A program made the translations under genes and the position numbers. A stretch of DNA of 62,817 nucleotides, the filler included. It is 4 parts of 4 records of this genome, joined end to end, with 100 filler letters (N's around TTAATTAATTAA, not from the genome) between each part and the next. Parts side by side here need not be neighbours in the genome. Positions count along the whole stretch, not along the records: positions 23,656 to 47,176 come from SRR16203515_1235; positions 47,277 to 62,817 come from SRR16203515_1236; 2 more parts are not named here. One strand, given 5' to 3'. Shown here in pieces: positions 37,846 to 49,063 of this stretch. Position 1 is the stretch's first letter. Each line of letters starts with the position of its first letter. Under the pieces are notes generated by a model that saw only the letters and a list, made by a program, of their open reading frames with translations, made no database searches and was not told the origin of the DNA.

Positions 37846-39354
37846 CTATTTTCTAGCGGCTAATTTTTGCTGGAAAATATCAAAGGTATCGGTAACCCCT
37901 TCTCTTGGGGTACCTGATTTACTTAAGATCATGATGGTTAAGCTAGACAATATAAACCCAGGCACAATTTCATACATCCAGTCACCAAGTGCTTGGCCGC
38001 CGATGGTAATAGGCAGATAAATCCAAAGCAGTACAGTAACCGCGCCTACAATCATGCCGCCTAATGCCGCACGACGGGTCATTTCTCGCTTAAATAAGCT
38101 AAATAACACCAGAGGACCAAAGGCCGCACCGAAACCTGCCCATGCATTACTGACTAGGGTAAGGATAGTGCTATCTCTGTCGTAGGCGAGGAAAATAGCC
38201 ACGAGCGCAACCACGATGACACTTGCTCGCCCTGCGATCACTAACTCTTTATCAGAGGCGTCTTTACGTAAGAATGCCTGATAGAAGTCGCTGGTCAGTG
38301 AGCTTGATGTAACCAATAGCTGTGAGGAAATGGTACTCATAATTGCCGCTAAAATTGCCGCCAACAGGAAGCCACCAATTAATGGGTGGAAAAGAATTTG
38401 TGACAGGTAAATAAATACGGTTTCAGGATCTATGCTATTCCCGTTTCCAGTGACGTAGGCAAGACCGAAGAGGCCTGTCATCAGCGCGCCAATAATGGAA
38501 ACAATCATCCAACTCATACCAATGTTTCGGGCGGTGGAAATATCATCTACCGAACGAATAGCCATAAACCTTACAATGATGTGTGGCTGACCAAAATAGC
38601 CCAGCCCCCACGACATTAACGACACAATACCAATAAAGGTAATGGTTTCATTAGTTGACGCATCCATAAAGGCATCGAAAAGGGCAGGGTTGATGTTGTC
38701 TAATGCATCAATTGATGCACCTATGCCACCTAAATCAGCAATAACTACGGCGGGCACCATAACAAGGGAGACAAACATGATACAGCCTTGCACAAAGTCG
38801 GTCATGCTGACGGCCATAAAGCCACCTACTAACGTATAGGCGACCACCACGCCTGCAGTGACATAAAGACCTGTGACGTAGGAAAGCCCAAAAGAGGTTT
38901 CAAATAGCTTACCGCCTGCAACCACACCGGAAGAGGTATAAAGGGTGAAGAAAACGACAATAACCACAGACGCGATAACACGGAGCATTCGCGAGTTATC
39001 GGCAAAACGGTTTTCGAAATAGTCGGGTAAAGTAATCGAGTTATTCGCAACTTCGGTATACACCCGTAAGCGAGGTGCCACCAGCATATAGTTCGCCAGT
39101 GCCCCTAAGGTTAAGCCTACCGCTATCCAGCCGGCCGATAGCCCTGAGACATACATAGCGCCGGGTAAGCCCATCAACATCCAACCACTCATATCAGAGG
39201 CGCCCGCTGACAATGCCGTTACCGCTGGGCCTAATTGACGGCCACCTAACATGTAGCCTTCCACGTTTGTATCGGTCTGCCTGTAGGCAAATAAGCCGAT
39301 GCCAAGCATGACAATAAAATACAGTCCCAATGAGATTATCGTACCAGTAGCCAT
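37846..39354 (-). CDS. putP: Sodium/proline symporter
   Basis: ALSAGASDMSGWMLMGLPG and GYFGQPHIIVRFM motifs; hairpin terminator at about 37796-37829. Confidence 0.93.
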   Translation of the reverse strand: MATGTIISLGLYFIVMLGIGLFAYRQTDTNVEGYMLGGRQLGPAVTALSAGASDMSGWMLMGLPGAMYVSGLSAGWIAVGLTLGALANYMLVAPRLRVYTEVANNSITLPDYFENRFADNSRMLRVIASVVIVVFFTLYTSSGVVAGGKLFETSFGLSYVTGLYVTAGVVVAYTLVGGFMAVSMTDFVQGCIMFVSLVMVPAVVIADLGGIGASIDALDNINPALFDAFMDASTNETITFIGIVSLMSWGLGYFGQPHIIVRFMAIRSVDDISTARNIGMSWMIVSIIGALMTGLFGLAYVTGNGNSIDPETVFIYLSQILFHPLIGGFLLAAILAAIMSTISSQLLVTSSSLTSDFYQAFLRKDASDKELVIAGRASVIVVALVAIFLAYDRDSTILTLVSNAWAGFGAAFGPLVLFSLFKREMTRRAALGGMIVGAVTVLLWIYLPITIGGQALGDWMYEIVPGFILSSLTIMILSKSGTPREGVTDTFDIFQQKLAARK

Positions 39355-39469
39355 ATAGTTTCCCTATGTTTTTTTATTTATGCTAACACCTCTGGCACAG
39401 AGTCTCTATGCCTGTGTATGAGCTTGCACAGTTTATGTACGTGCTTAACGAACGTTGGTACGGGACTTG

Positions 39470-41458
39470 TTATCTTAAAACTGTAGGCGCAGCGTGAGAC
39501 TGCTGGTTAAAGTATGCTGACAGGGAGGTGGTTTCAATCTTGCCCCTTCCACTACTTTTTGCCTTATATAAAAGGTGGTCGCATACCTTGATGACCTTAG
39601 TAACGTTAGACTCTCCGGTCACTTCAACCACTCCGGCTGAAAAGCTAGCACTAAATTTTCTGTCAGTGGCTGTCCACGTATCATGCCCTTCAATGGCTGA
39701 CTTAATTTTTGCTAATAGGGCTTGGGCAGCATGCTCGTCAGTCTCATAAAGGTAGAGTAAAAACTCTTCGCCACCATAGCGACAAAACCTATCTGTTTTT
39801 CTCAGGTGTGAAAGGACCATGCTACCGAAGGTTGATAGTACCTCGTCACCTGCCACATGGCCGTATCTATCATTGATTTGTTTAAAGTAATCAAAGTCGA
39901 TAAGCACCATGCATGAGGTAGTATTACTTGCCATGGGGGTCGCTATGGCCTTAAACATGGCATTGCGCGTCATGGCACCGGTAAGATCATCTCGCTCTCC
40001 GCGCAGGGCTCGCTTGCGTTGACTGCGGTAAAACCCAAATAGTAGGGCGGCAACCAGCGCGGCGCAAAGGGCTAACGCAAGCGCCTGAAATTTTTGCGTC
40101 TCTAATCGTAAATTTTGTTGTTCTTTTTCACGGGCGAGTTTCTGCAACTGACTAATCACTATATCTCGTTCGAGCGGTGAATCGTTCAACTTGTTTTCGT
40201 CGTTATCTAATGAAAAACGAGACTGTACCAAGAGTTGTTCGTATTGCTGCTGATAATAAAAGGCCTTTTCGAAGTTACCCCTTAGTTTATATATACCTTT
40301 GAGAATATTGTATTTGTCGAGTAAGACTCGCTTTGTGTAAAATAAGTCTTCGGCCTTGTCGCTGACATAACGGCTAAAAGCTTCTACCGCCGTATTAAAT
40401 TGCGCATCCGTGCCGTGTATGGCTTGATAGGTCGCTGCTAATGCCTCATTCGCAGGCGTGACATTAGTGGGTAGATCTTGCTGCGGCGACGGGGGAAGGC
40501 TCGCTAACGCTGTGGTAATATGTGCTCTGTCACTCTCATCATTTCGATAAAGATAGACACTGACTTTCAGCCACAAGCTATATAATAATTCTGACTCATT
40601 TTGATTATTTAGCGCGGCTTGTTGTGCCTCATTCGCCCTTTGCAAAGCTCGCTCAAACATGCCTAATTGGTTCAGTGTAAGTACTATGCCAGTAAAGCTA
40701 TAGGCATCTAATTGATCTCGAGCTTTAATTTTTTCAATGACGAACTGTTGGTGAACAAGGGCTTTATTTAACACATTTAAGCGTGTGTATGCATCAGCTA
40801 ACCAAGAATGAGCCAACATCTTATCCAGCACAGTTTCAAGGGCATAATCTTGCTTGAAATCGCTTAAGTGAGGCAGGGCATACTCTAATTCCACCACCGC
40901 TTTTATAGGGTTAAGTTCGGCATACTCCATTGCTAGCCAAATACTAGCCACAGCCACTGTAGCTGGGTCAGCTGTTTCGAGAGCTTCTCGCTTTAACTCA
41001 TAGAGTTTAGGAATACTGTACTTTAACCGTTCGCCAGTCTTTGGGTATTGGTTCGCGGTTTGCGATAGAATGAAAAGGGCTTTTAACGCCACATAGCGTT
41101 TCGTATTGATTGACTTAACCGCTTGCCATTTTGATTCAGCGAGGGGGCCTACGCTGGCAATAGGCACTTTTGGTGTCGTGGTGTTAGTGGCTGTTATTTC
41201 AAATAATACCCCACGGATCACTTTGCCCAGCGCGCTTTGATCGGTTTTGACACCGCTATTTTCTATTTGCTCGCTGATTTCATCATTGCTTAAGCCAAAA
41301 GGGCTGTTCCACATATACACCACGGTATTTACTAAATTACCGTATTTGCGGAAGTTCTCTTCATCGGCAAACGCGTGGACTGAGGGTAAAAAGACGAGTA
41401 GCGCAATAATAAAGAGGCGCATCCTGTGTGAGGCGATGCGGGCCAGACGTGATCCCAT
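39470..41458 (-). CDS. Membrane diguanylate cyclase with periplasmic helical (TPR-like) domain
   Basis: Signal/TM segments; DFDYFKQINDRYGH, RKTD I-site and GGEEF. Confidence 0.85.
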   Translation of the reverse strand: MGSRLARIASHRMRLFIIALLVFLPSVHAFADEENFRKYGNLVNTVVYMWNSPFGLSNDEISEQIENSGVKTDQSALGKVIRGVLFEITATNTTTPKVPIASVGPLAESKWQAVKSINTKRYVALKALFILSQTANQYPKTGERLKYSIPKLYELKREALETADPATVAVASIWLAMEYAELNPIKAVVELEYALPHLSDFKQDYALETVLDKMLAHSWLADAYTRLNVLNKALVHQQFVIEKIKARDQLDAYSFTGIVLTLNQLGMFERALQRANEAQQAALNNQNESELLYSLWLKVSVYLYRNDESDRAHITTALASLPPSPQQDLPTNVTPANEALAATYQAIHGTDAQFNTAVEAFSRYVSDKAEDLFYTKRVLLDKYNILKGIYKLRGNFEKAFYYQQQYEQLLVQSRFSLDNDENKLNDSPLERDIVISQLQKLAREKEQQNLRLETQKFQALALALCAALVAALLFGFYRSQRKRALRGERDDLTGAMTRNAMFKAIATPMASNTTSCMVLIDFDYFKQINDRYGHVAGDEVLSTFGSMVLSHLRKTDRFCRYGGEEFLLYLYETDEHAAQALLAKIKSAIEGHDTWTATDRKFSASFSAGVVEVTGESNVTKVIKVCDHLLYKAKSSGRGKIETTSLSAYFNQQSHAAPTVLR

Positions 41459-41648
41459 GGTGTAACTTACTCGCTAGCTTTCCTTCAAACAACGCGTTGA
41501 ATGGCACAATGGCGTTATTTAATACAACTGGTTAGACCTTAGTATAAAGGAAATAGCGCAAGAAAACAGGGGGCTATTGCTCAGGTGTCTGTTTTTACGC
41601 AAAAATCGGCCCGAAGGCCGATTTAAGTAAATGACTTATAAGAGGGCG

Positions 41649-42353
41649 CTAGGCAGAAAACTGTAAGCGTTTGGTTATGGTTGACTTCATTTCACTCAAG
41701 TCGGCGTCTTTGCTCCCCACCACCATGATATTGGCGTGCTGCATCTTAATGCTTTCCCCTCGGTACTGCTTATCATTAAATTCGCTAGGTACCCGAATAT
41801 CGCCCCGTTCAGGTACCACAAATACAGACATCTTTCCCTGTGGTGTATTTACAATCAAGTGGAGACTTCTCACTGTACTTAAATGGCAAAAATTGACCAC
41901 TTCAACATCACCAATCATGTCATCAAAACTGGCACCAAAGCTTGCCAGTTTGGCGTTCACCATCTCCAGGTTTACCGGCATTTGTGAATGGGCCTGCTCT
42001 ATTTCAGCGTATTGCATGTGCGCTAAGGCTTGCCCGCCCACACTGATTGGCTGGTGATACCACATGGTAAACCCTATACCTACGGTAAAGGCGACCGATG
42101 CTGCTAGGGCCACATACCAACGGCTGCGTTTTTGATAACGGGCGAATTCATTGGCAGATTGCTGCCAAATAAGCCGGTTGGCCAGGTCTTCTGGCACATC
42201 AACTTTAACCGCCTTCCTTAGTTGTTTGTCGAAATGAAGTTGTTCATTCCAGAAGTTACGTTTGTTTTCGTCATCCTTTGCGGCGGCAACCACATCACTA
42301 TCGGTGGTTTCCGGGTCGGCGTAAATTCTACGTCTAAACTCTAGTTCATCCAT
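41649..42353 (-). CDS. DUF3379 protein (probable anti-sigma factor)
   Basis: MDELEFRRRIYADP N-terminus, central TM, overlaps the ECF sigma stop. Confidence 0.8.
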   Translation of the reverse strand: MDELEFRRRIYADPETTDSDVVAAAKDDENKRNFWNEQLHFDKQLRKAVKVDVPEDLANRLIWQQSANEFARYQKRSRWYVALAASVAFTVGIGFTMWYHQPISVGGQALAHMQYAEIEQAHSQMPVNLEMVNAKLASFGASFDDMIGDVEVVNFCHLSTVRSLHLIVNTPQGKMSVFVVPERGDIRVPSEFNDKQYRGESIKMQHANIMVVGSKDADLSEMKSTITKRLQFSA

Positions 42354-42903
42354 TTGCACGACCTCTCTTTTCACCTTGCCTCTCTAGGGTATCTCTCAGT
42401 TGATTTCTCGCTCTAAATAACCGTGTCATCACAGTGTTTTTATTTAACCCCAATTGCGAAGCGATTTCTTCGCCGTTAAAGCCAAACAATAACTGTAACA
42501 CCAAGGGCTCTCTGTATTCATCGCTCAGACCACCTAGCATTCGGTGTAACTCTCGGTTACTAATATCGCTATCAGCGTGTTGGGTATCATCGTGTATCTG
42601 TACATCGTCAATATCCACCGTCTCTAGTTGCTTACGCTCAAAACGGCGGGCATTTTCACGCCGTAAAATAGTAATAAGCCATGACTTGGCTGCTTGCTCA
42701 TCATTCAATGCATCAAGGGAGCGCCAGGCACGCAAAAACGTTTCTTGCACTATATCCTCTGCCACACTTTTGTCTTTTACTAACCAGTATGCATAGCGGT
42801 AGATATCAGCGTGAAACGCATTGACTAAAGCTTCGTATCGTTTTTGTTTTGCTTTCATGTTGGATAAGACCTGACTTTTGTCAGATCTATTTCGTGCAAA
42901 CAT
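42346..42903 (-). CDS. ECF sigma-70 family factor
   Basis: AEDIVQETFLRAW, WLITILRRENARR and TVMTRLFRAR motifs. Confidence 0.92.
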   Translation of the reverse strand: MFARNRSDKSQVLSNMKAKQKRYEALVNAFHADIYRYAYWLVKDKSVAEDIVQETFLRAWRSLDALNDEQAAKSWLITILRRENARRFERKQLETVDIDDVQIHDDTQHADSDISNRELHRMLGGLSDEYREPLVLQLLFGFNGEEIASQLGLNKNTVMTRLFRARNQLRDTLERQGEKRGRANG

Positions 42904-43010
42904 AAAAAACCTTTGTTTTTATCATTTTTTTTATTATGGCATAAGAAAAGGGACCTTATGAAAATCATAAGGTCCCTTTAGCGCTTTTTACCACTTACGT
43001 CATTATGCGG

Positions 43011-44867
43011 TTAAATCTTGCCTTGTTCGCTTGCGATCCATTTGTCCACATTTTCTTCTAATATCGACAATGGCACAGGGCCATACTTTAATACTTCATC
43101 ATGAAAGCCTGCCCAGCTAAACTTGTCGCCTAAGGCGTTCATGGCTCTTTCTCTTAGCTCCATTATTTTGAGCTTGCCAATCATGTAGGCCGTTGCTTGG
43201 CCTGGCATGGCTATGTAGCGTTCGATGGCTTTTTGCGCGTCATATTTGGCATTAGGGGTATTTTTAACAAGGTAGTCTACCGCCTCTTCGCGGCTCCATT
43301 TTTTCGCATGGATCCCTGTGTCTACCACCAGACGACAGGCGCGCCAAAGCTCCATCGCCAACCGACCGAAGTCAGAATAGGGGTCTTTATAAAAGCCCAT
43401 GTCTTTCGCCAACTCTTCGGTATATAAGCCCCAGCCCTCAGTATAGGCAGTAAAACTTAGGAATTTTTGTACTTGTGGTACACCCTCTAGCTCTTGCGCA
43501 ATGGCCCGCTGCATGTGGTGGCCAGGAATACCTTCATGGTATGCCAAGGCTTCTAACTGATAGGTCGGCATGGCATCCATGTCATAGAGGTTGGCGTAAT
43601 AAATACCCGGTCTACTGCCATCTTGCGCAGGGCTTTGATAAAAAGCTTTTCCCGCCGATTGTTCTCTAAAGGCTTCCACCCGTTTCACTATCATAGGGGC
43701 TTCGGGCAAAATACCAAAGTATTCAGGAATAGTCTCGCGCATGGTATCTATGGCGGCTTTTGCCTCATCGAGATATTGCTGACGGCCTTCAGGGGTTTCA
43801 GGTAGGTAGAACTGTTCATCTTCACGCATAAAGGTAAAGAATGCCTGCAAATCACCCTTGAAGTTCACCTGTTCCATAATGTCGCGCATCGCGTTATGAA
43901 TGCGTTCCACATTTTCCAGCCCAATTTGATGAACTTCCTCTGCCGTTAATTCAGTGGTGGTAAACCAATTTAATCGGTTTTGATACCAGGCTTCACCGTT
44001 CGGTAATCGCCACACGCCATCACCTTCAGGGGTTAAGGTTTTTTGATGTGCAAGTTCATCAATCAGCTTTTCATAGGCCGGCTTAACCGAGGTGACTAAT
44101 GCTGCTTTCGCCTCTTCTAATAAGGTGTTTTTCTCCGCTTCATCTAAGTCCAGCCCATTAACCTTTTCTTGAAAGTCAGCCCAAAGCGTAGATGGCGTAT
44201 CGCTAAGATCAAAAGGTGCTCCGGATATCACGTTCTGTGATGCGGTAATCATTTGTTCATAAGACCACGCGGGTGGAAAGACGCCAGCCTTTTCTCTCAA
44301 CTTCATTTGCGCGATAACTTGATCAAAGTAGGTGCTTACTTTATCAAGACGACTGATATAGTCTTGCGCATCTTCTTTAGAGGAGACACGATGAATATTA
44401 ATTAAAAAGCTGGGAACTTGAGTATGCGCGGCCCTAAATTGATGGACGATATACCTATGATGGCGAAATTCATCATTAGCGAGTTCTCGTTCAATACTAA
44501 GAGCCAGTAAACGAATACTCAGTTGTTCTTGCTCACTGAGCGCTTCGGTGTTGAAGGTTTTTAGCTCTTCTAAGCGGTTCTTCGCTATGGTGATACGCTT
44601 GTCCATCTCCTGTTCAGAGATATCATCCCACTTGTCGTAATCCCATTTTTTGCCTAAGTAACTCTGCATTAGCGGGGAGCGTTTCAGGTTCTCCTCGAAT
44701 ATACGGTCAAAAAAGGCGTCCAGACGCTCAGACTCGCTTTGGACGGCGGCCGATTCTGTGGCGGGCTGAGTTGACGATGTAGTGTTTGTATCAGTTGCAG
44801 GGCTACAGGCACTTAAACCTAGCAGTACTGCCGCAATAGGTGTCAACTTATGTATTTTTTTTAGCAT
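43011..44867 (-). CDS. DUF885 family lipoprotein
   Basis: Lipobox LSAC; HEGIPGHH, EGWGLY, RLVVDTGIH and PGQATAY motifs. Confidence 0.9.
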   Translation of the reverse strand: MLKKIHKLTPIAAVLLGLSACSPATDTNTTSSTQPATESAAVQSESERLDAFFDRIFEENLKRSPLMQSYLGKKWDYDKWDDISEQEMDKRITIAKNRLEELKTFNTEALSEQEQLSIRLLALSIERELANDEFRHHRYIVHQFRAAHTQVPSFLINIHRVSSKEDAQDYISRLDKVSTYFDQVIAQMKLREKAGVFPPAWSYEQMITASQNVISGAPFDLSDTPSTLWADFQEKVNGLDLDEAEKNTLLEEAKAALVTSVKPAYEKLIDELAHQKTLTPEGDGVWRLPNGEAWYQNRLNWFTTTELTAEEVHQIGLENVERIHNAMRDIMEQVNFKGDLQAFFTFMREDEQFYLPETPEGRQQYLDEAKAAIDTMRETIPEYFGILPEAPMIVKRVEAFREQSAGKAFYQSPAQDGSRPGIYYANLYDMDAMPTYQLEALAYHEGIPGHHMQRAIAQELEGVPQVQKFLSFTAYTEGWGLYTEELAKDMGFYKDPYSDFGRLAMELWRACRLVVDTGIHAKKWSREEAVDYLVKNTPNAKYDAQKAIERYIAMPGQATAYMIGKLKIMELRERAMNALGDKFSWAGFHDEVLKYGPVPLSILEENVDKWIASEQGKI

Positions 44868-44953
44868 GATATTTCCCCTCAGTCGTTATGTGCCAGTACG
44901 TGGCTAGCACTTTTTCATTGTTATATACGCATTAATGTTACATTTTGCTTAGG

Positions 44954-46684
44954 CTAATTTTTCGGATATAAAGGTGCCAATGTGAATGCCGCTTGTTCAT
45001 CCCGCTGTAGCCAGCGTTTGCGGGCGCTGTCTACCGCAGCACTCATTTCTTTTGTTTCCCACTTTTGGTTGGAAGGACTAAATTTCGCCCGTAGTAATTT
45101 GTCATAGGGAGCCTGAATGCCTTGGGTTTCAGTATAATTTGCTGGTAAAACTGTCCCTTTCGCATCGGGGTAAAGATGTTTTAACCAATCTTGAAGGGCG
45201 TTTGATATATCACTCACATCATTCGCCTTCAGCGCGCTTTTTAATGCTTTATATGCGGTCTTTTCATCGCCGTTCCTGCTTTGTGGCGAAGCTGTCCGGG
45301 TCATCTGACCTTGATCCTTAATGCGCCGCTTCAGCATCACGTAAGTGGCAAACCATGCCACTAGCGTCACTACCCATAACGCTAAGAATATCCAAGTTAA
45401 TCCTTGAAGCGCAGATGAAGCCTGGTTATCTGTATTTAGCACAGGGGGCGTGGCTGGTTGATTTGACGATACTTGCTCAGTTTCATTCTGCTCACGGCTA
45501 TTATCAGCGACTGATGAAGCATTGTTATTGGTATTGTTTGCCGGCGCAATTGTCACTGTGCGCGCGGGGAGTGTGGCATACTCGGTTTGTTCGGTTAGGG
45601 TATTGAACCAAGGAATAGTCACTTCAGGTAATACCATATCGCCGGATTGCGTGGGGATAAGCGCCAATGATGCTACCCGTTGGGCAATTAAAGCGTTACC
45701 TTTTTCCACCGTCGTGGTGGTTGATTGATCGGGATAGAGTTTGAAGTTGGGCGGATAGAATTCAGGGATATCCGGCAACTGTTCTTCAACTACGCCCATG
45801 GCGGTTAAGGTAACGACTCGGGTAATGGGTTCGCCTACTGTGAACGCCTCGCCTTGGGGCCACTCCTCGTCTACCCGCACCATCTCGGATGGTAGCCACG
45901 GGTAATCGATATTACTCGGAATGGGCTTAATGCTCACAGTAATATCAGGCCCCACCCGATTGACCTGTTGGGTACGATTAAAAAAGCCAAACCTTTGGGT
46001 ATTATTCGTGGCCATCACTTCGCCACTAAAAATTGGACCGCGAATAGTAAATTCGCCAGATGACTGAGGTACGATGGCAAATTTGCGCTCAATAATTTGA
46101 TAGCGGCGGCCATTGATGATGTCGGTATATTGTTTATCTTCACCGAGTTGGCGAATATCGGCATTGGGCATTTCGGGGCTTTGTAGGCTGCCTCGCTCTA
46201 TGTTTGACGCTAAATGTAGTTTCACCGTATACAGCAGTTGCTGATTAAGATAAGCCTGTTTAAGGTCAATATCGGTAGTGACAAAGTAATCTCTGGCAAC
46301 TTTATCCGATGACTGCACAGGTATCACTTTTACCTGAATAGGTGCGGTTTGCTTGCCCTCTATGGTAAACGCGGGAATGGTGAAATTGCCTTCAGCACGG
46401 GGGAAGAGAGTAGTGGTCCACGTCGTGGTACGTGTGGTATCAAAATTTACAATGGAAGTTTGACTGCTCACCGACGTTCTTCCCACCACAAAATCTTTTA
46501 ATAGAGCCGAGCTATCAAACGCCTCTCTGTCCGCACTGCCTTGTGCGGTGACTGTCAGTCTGATTGCTTCATCAACCATGACCGGGTTTTTATCAATGCT
46601 GGCCTGCACAGCGTCTACATCGGCAAAAGCTGAACTGCTGCATATCAGCGTGATAAAACTTACCGTGAATAAAAGTACTCTCAT
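44954..46684 (-). CDS. batD: BatD family protein
   Basis: Signal peptide, repeated Ig-like BatD segments, C-terminal TM and LYP end; follows a VWA/TPR-type gene. Confidence 0.82.
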   Translation of the reverse strand: MRVLLFTVSFITLICSSSAFADVDAVQASIDKNPVMVDEAIRLTVTAQGSADREAFDSSALLKDFVVGRTSVSSQTSIVNFDTTRTTTWTTTLFPRAEGNFTIPAFTIEGKQTAPIQVKVIPVQSSDKVARDYFVTTDIDLKQAYLNQQLLYTVKLHLASNIERGSLQSPEMPNADIRQLGEDKQYTDIINGRRYQIIERKFAIVPQSSGEFTIRGPIFSGEVMATNNTQRFGFFNRTQQVNRVGPDITVSIKPIPSNIDYPWLPSEMVRVDEEWPQGEAFTVGEPITRVVTLTAMGVVEEQLPDIPEFYPPNFKLYPDQSTTTTVEKGNALIAQRVASLALIPTQSGDMVLPEVTIPWFNTLTEQTEYATLPARTVTIAPANNTNNNASSVADNSREQNETEQVSSNQPATPPVLNTDNQASSALQGLTWIFLALWVVTLVAWFATYVMLKRRIKDQGQMTRTASPQSRNGDEKTAYKALKSALKANDVSDISNALQDWLKHLYPDAKGTVLPANYTETQGIQAPYDKLLRAKFSPSNQKWETKEMSAAVDSARKRWLQRDEQAAFTLAPLYPKN

Positions 46685-47176
46685 TTACCAATCACTCCGA
46701 TTTGAAGGCATGCGTTGACGTTGTCGTTTTTGTGCTTCTAGTTGCATTTTGCGTTTCAATAAAAACGCGGGGTCATCGGGTACCCTTCGCATTAAACTTT
46801 CAATCCGCTGTTGCTGCTCTTTTTCTTCATCTGTTAGCTCACCTTGCTGAGCGGCCGCTTGCGCTTGCTGGGCCTGTGAGTCGGTATTTTGCTCGTTGCT
46901 TGCATTGGCGTTTTCTTGCTGCTCATCACGTTCGTTTTCCGACGACGCTGATTGCTTGTCTTGGTTTTGCTCATTTTGTTGTTGGTTATCGTCTGAGTTA
47001 TCTTCATTAGCCTCTTGCGCCTGATTGTTTTCATTATCTTGAGGCGTTTGCTCTGACGAATTGTTTTGTGCATTGTTATCGTTATTCTGTGACGATTGTT
47101 GGTCCTCACTATCTTGTGATTGATCCTTTGATTGTTGGTCGCTATTTTGCTGTTGCTGTTGCTGTTGCTGTTGCTG
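46685..47176 (-). CDS. C-terminal part of a BatB/C-like VWA-TPR protein (5' truncated)
   Basis: Manual translation: Q/N/D/E-rich linker then LMRRVPDDPAFLLKRKMQLEAQKRQRQRMPSNRSDW-stop. Confidence 0.82.
   Translation of the reverse strand, partial: QQQQQQQQQQNSDQQSKDQSQDSEDQQSSQNNDNNAQNNSSEQTPQDNENNQAQEANEDNSDDNQQQNEQNQDKQSASSENERDEQQENANASNEQNTDSQAQQAQAAAQQGELTDEEKEQQQRIESLMRRVPDDPAFLLKRKMQLEAQKRQRQRMPSNRSDW
47147..47176 (-). repeat. (CAGCAA)5+ poly-Gln microsatellite at the contig end
   Basis: Five TTGCTG units run into the linker. Confidence 0.9.
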
Positions 47177-47276
47177 NNNNNNNNNNNNNNNNNNNNNNNN
47201 NNNNNNNNNNNNNNNNNNNNTTAATTAATTAANNNNNNNNNNNNNNNNNNNNNNNNNNNNNNNNNNNNNNNNNNNN
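47177..47276. other. Artificial contig linker
   Basis: N run with TTAATTAATTAA. Confidence 0.98.
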
Positions 47277-48926
47277 ATTAACTTTATCTCCCTTATCTCC
47301 ATCTAGCCAATTAAAATTTAAAAAAGCGCTGAGTCCTGTTTTAGTTTGATATTTTAATTCACTCTCAAGACCGACTGAAGTAATCGTATTTCCATTTTGA
47401 TAAACACTGGTATTGTCTAAAAAGGTACCGTCTTCAAACTGATATGCTTGGCTATTTCTGAATATTTTATTGTGGTATTTAGCATGGTATAAAGTTGAAT
47501 TAAATGAAAAATTTTGAGTTTTATAGTTATAACCTAACTCGGTAACATCTGAGGTTTCTGGACTAAGGTTTATATTTCCGATCACAGAATTTGAATCTGT
47601 TTTAAAATACAGTTCAAATAAAGAAGGTGAACGGTACGATTGGGAATAGTTTAATCGCCAAGTGTGATTTTTAGAGGCTGACCATAAACCAGCTAAGCTA
47701 TAGGAATCATTTGTGCCAAATTCTTGGTTCTCTGTGAACCTAACGCCTAAGTTAAAAGTGAGATCATTAAAGTTTAAGTTAACCCGTGAAAATAACGCTT
47801 TTTCAATAACCGAGCGGTCGGCTAAGTTATTTTCTGTCAAAACAATCTTGTTGGCTGCATCTATATTGTTATATTGAATTGACTCTCTTTTATCTAGATC
47901 TAAACCTAACTCAAACTTATGTTGATCATGAGTAGAAAAACTAAAATATTTTAGCCATTTTAAGTTAGATGTATAACGTTTCCCTAAGGTGTTTGCATAA
48001 ATTGACTTGTTTTGAGTTCTAAAAAAAGTTCGCCCAGCTTCATCATAACTTAAGGTTAAATTAAGCTTATTTAACGCATTTACATCATGTACAAAGGCAT
48101 AGTTTAGCAGCTTACCAGCTATTTTTTGCTCTAAGCCTCCGCCCCGTGTAGCAGTCGCTGAAATACCAAAACGTGTATTGTTTAATTCAAATTGGTTAAA
48201 GGTGAATTTGTGACTTTTATGCTTTAAAATACCAGTAATATTAGTTACTTGGTCTTTGTCATCAAATTGAACACTATTACCGGCTGCATCTGAAAAGTCA
48301 TAATACTGACCTGATTCATCTTCATAATGAACTGAACCATAAAAATAGCCTTGCTCCCAATTAATGTTTTTTTGCAGGTTGATATTGTGATAGCTATCGC
48401 TGCCTAAACTCAAAGAGCCTTGCGTTAAATCACCCTCTGTATCTTTTAATACTAAATTAATGACTCCTGTATAAGCATTTGTGCCATATTGCACTGAAGC
48501 TGCGCCTTTAAGTACCTCTATCTGTTTGATTTGTTTTATATTAATGCGATCTAAAATTGTAAATCCTGTTATCGCTGACCAAATAGGAATATCATTGATC
48601 ATCAACAATATTTTGTTTGAATAATTGTCTTGTAATATGCCTCTTGCAGTGGCAATTCTGTTAATGCTAAAGGTACGTAAAATATCAAAACCAGATACGG
48701 TTTCTATGGCATCAGCAATATTGTTATAACCATATTGATTGATATCTTTGGCTGTAATGATAGAAACCGTCGCAGGAGATAAAGACAAAGGTTTAGCTTC
48801 AATTGCATTTATGGTTATTTTGGTTTCCATTAATTCTTCGATAGATAAATCAAATACATCTTGAGCATAAATATTTGTATTCAATAGCAATATTGAAATG
48901 CAGGTTAAGCTCTTAATTTTTTGCAT
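47277..48926 (-). CDS. TonB-dependent receptor (3' truncated)
   Basis: Signal peptide, DLSIEELM N-terminus, plug motif IEVLKGAASVQYG...GVINLV, YRSPSLFELY and NLSPE. Confidence 0.9.
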
Positions 48927-49063
48927 AGATATTTTTATTCTTTTTAATTGTCTTTACCTTCAGTGTAGAAAAGGGAATGAGTTATTCAAGTTTCAAAGAT
49001 CTTCATGATTTTCTTTTTCTTAAACTATACTTATTTTTTAAGTTTTAAAATCGGCTATTACTT

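Noticed and set aside
46702-47109. ORF-track calls 46702-47010 (+) and 46834-47109 (-)
   Set aside because: Alternative frames over the low-complexity linker of the truncated VWA-TPR gene.
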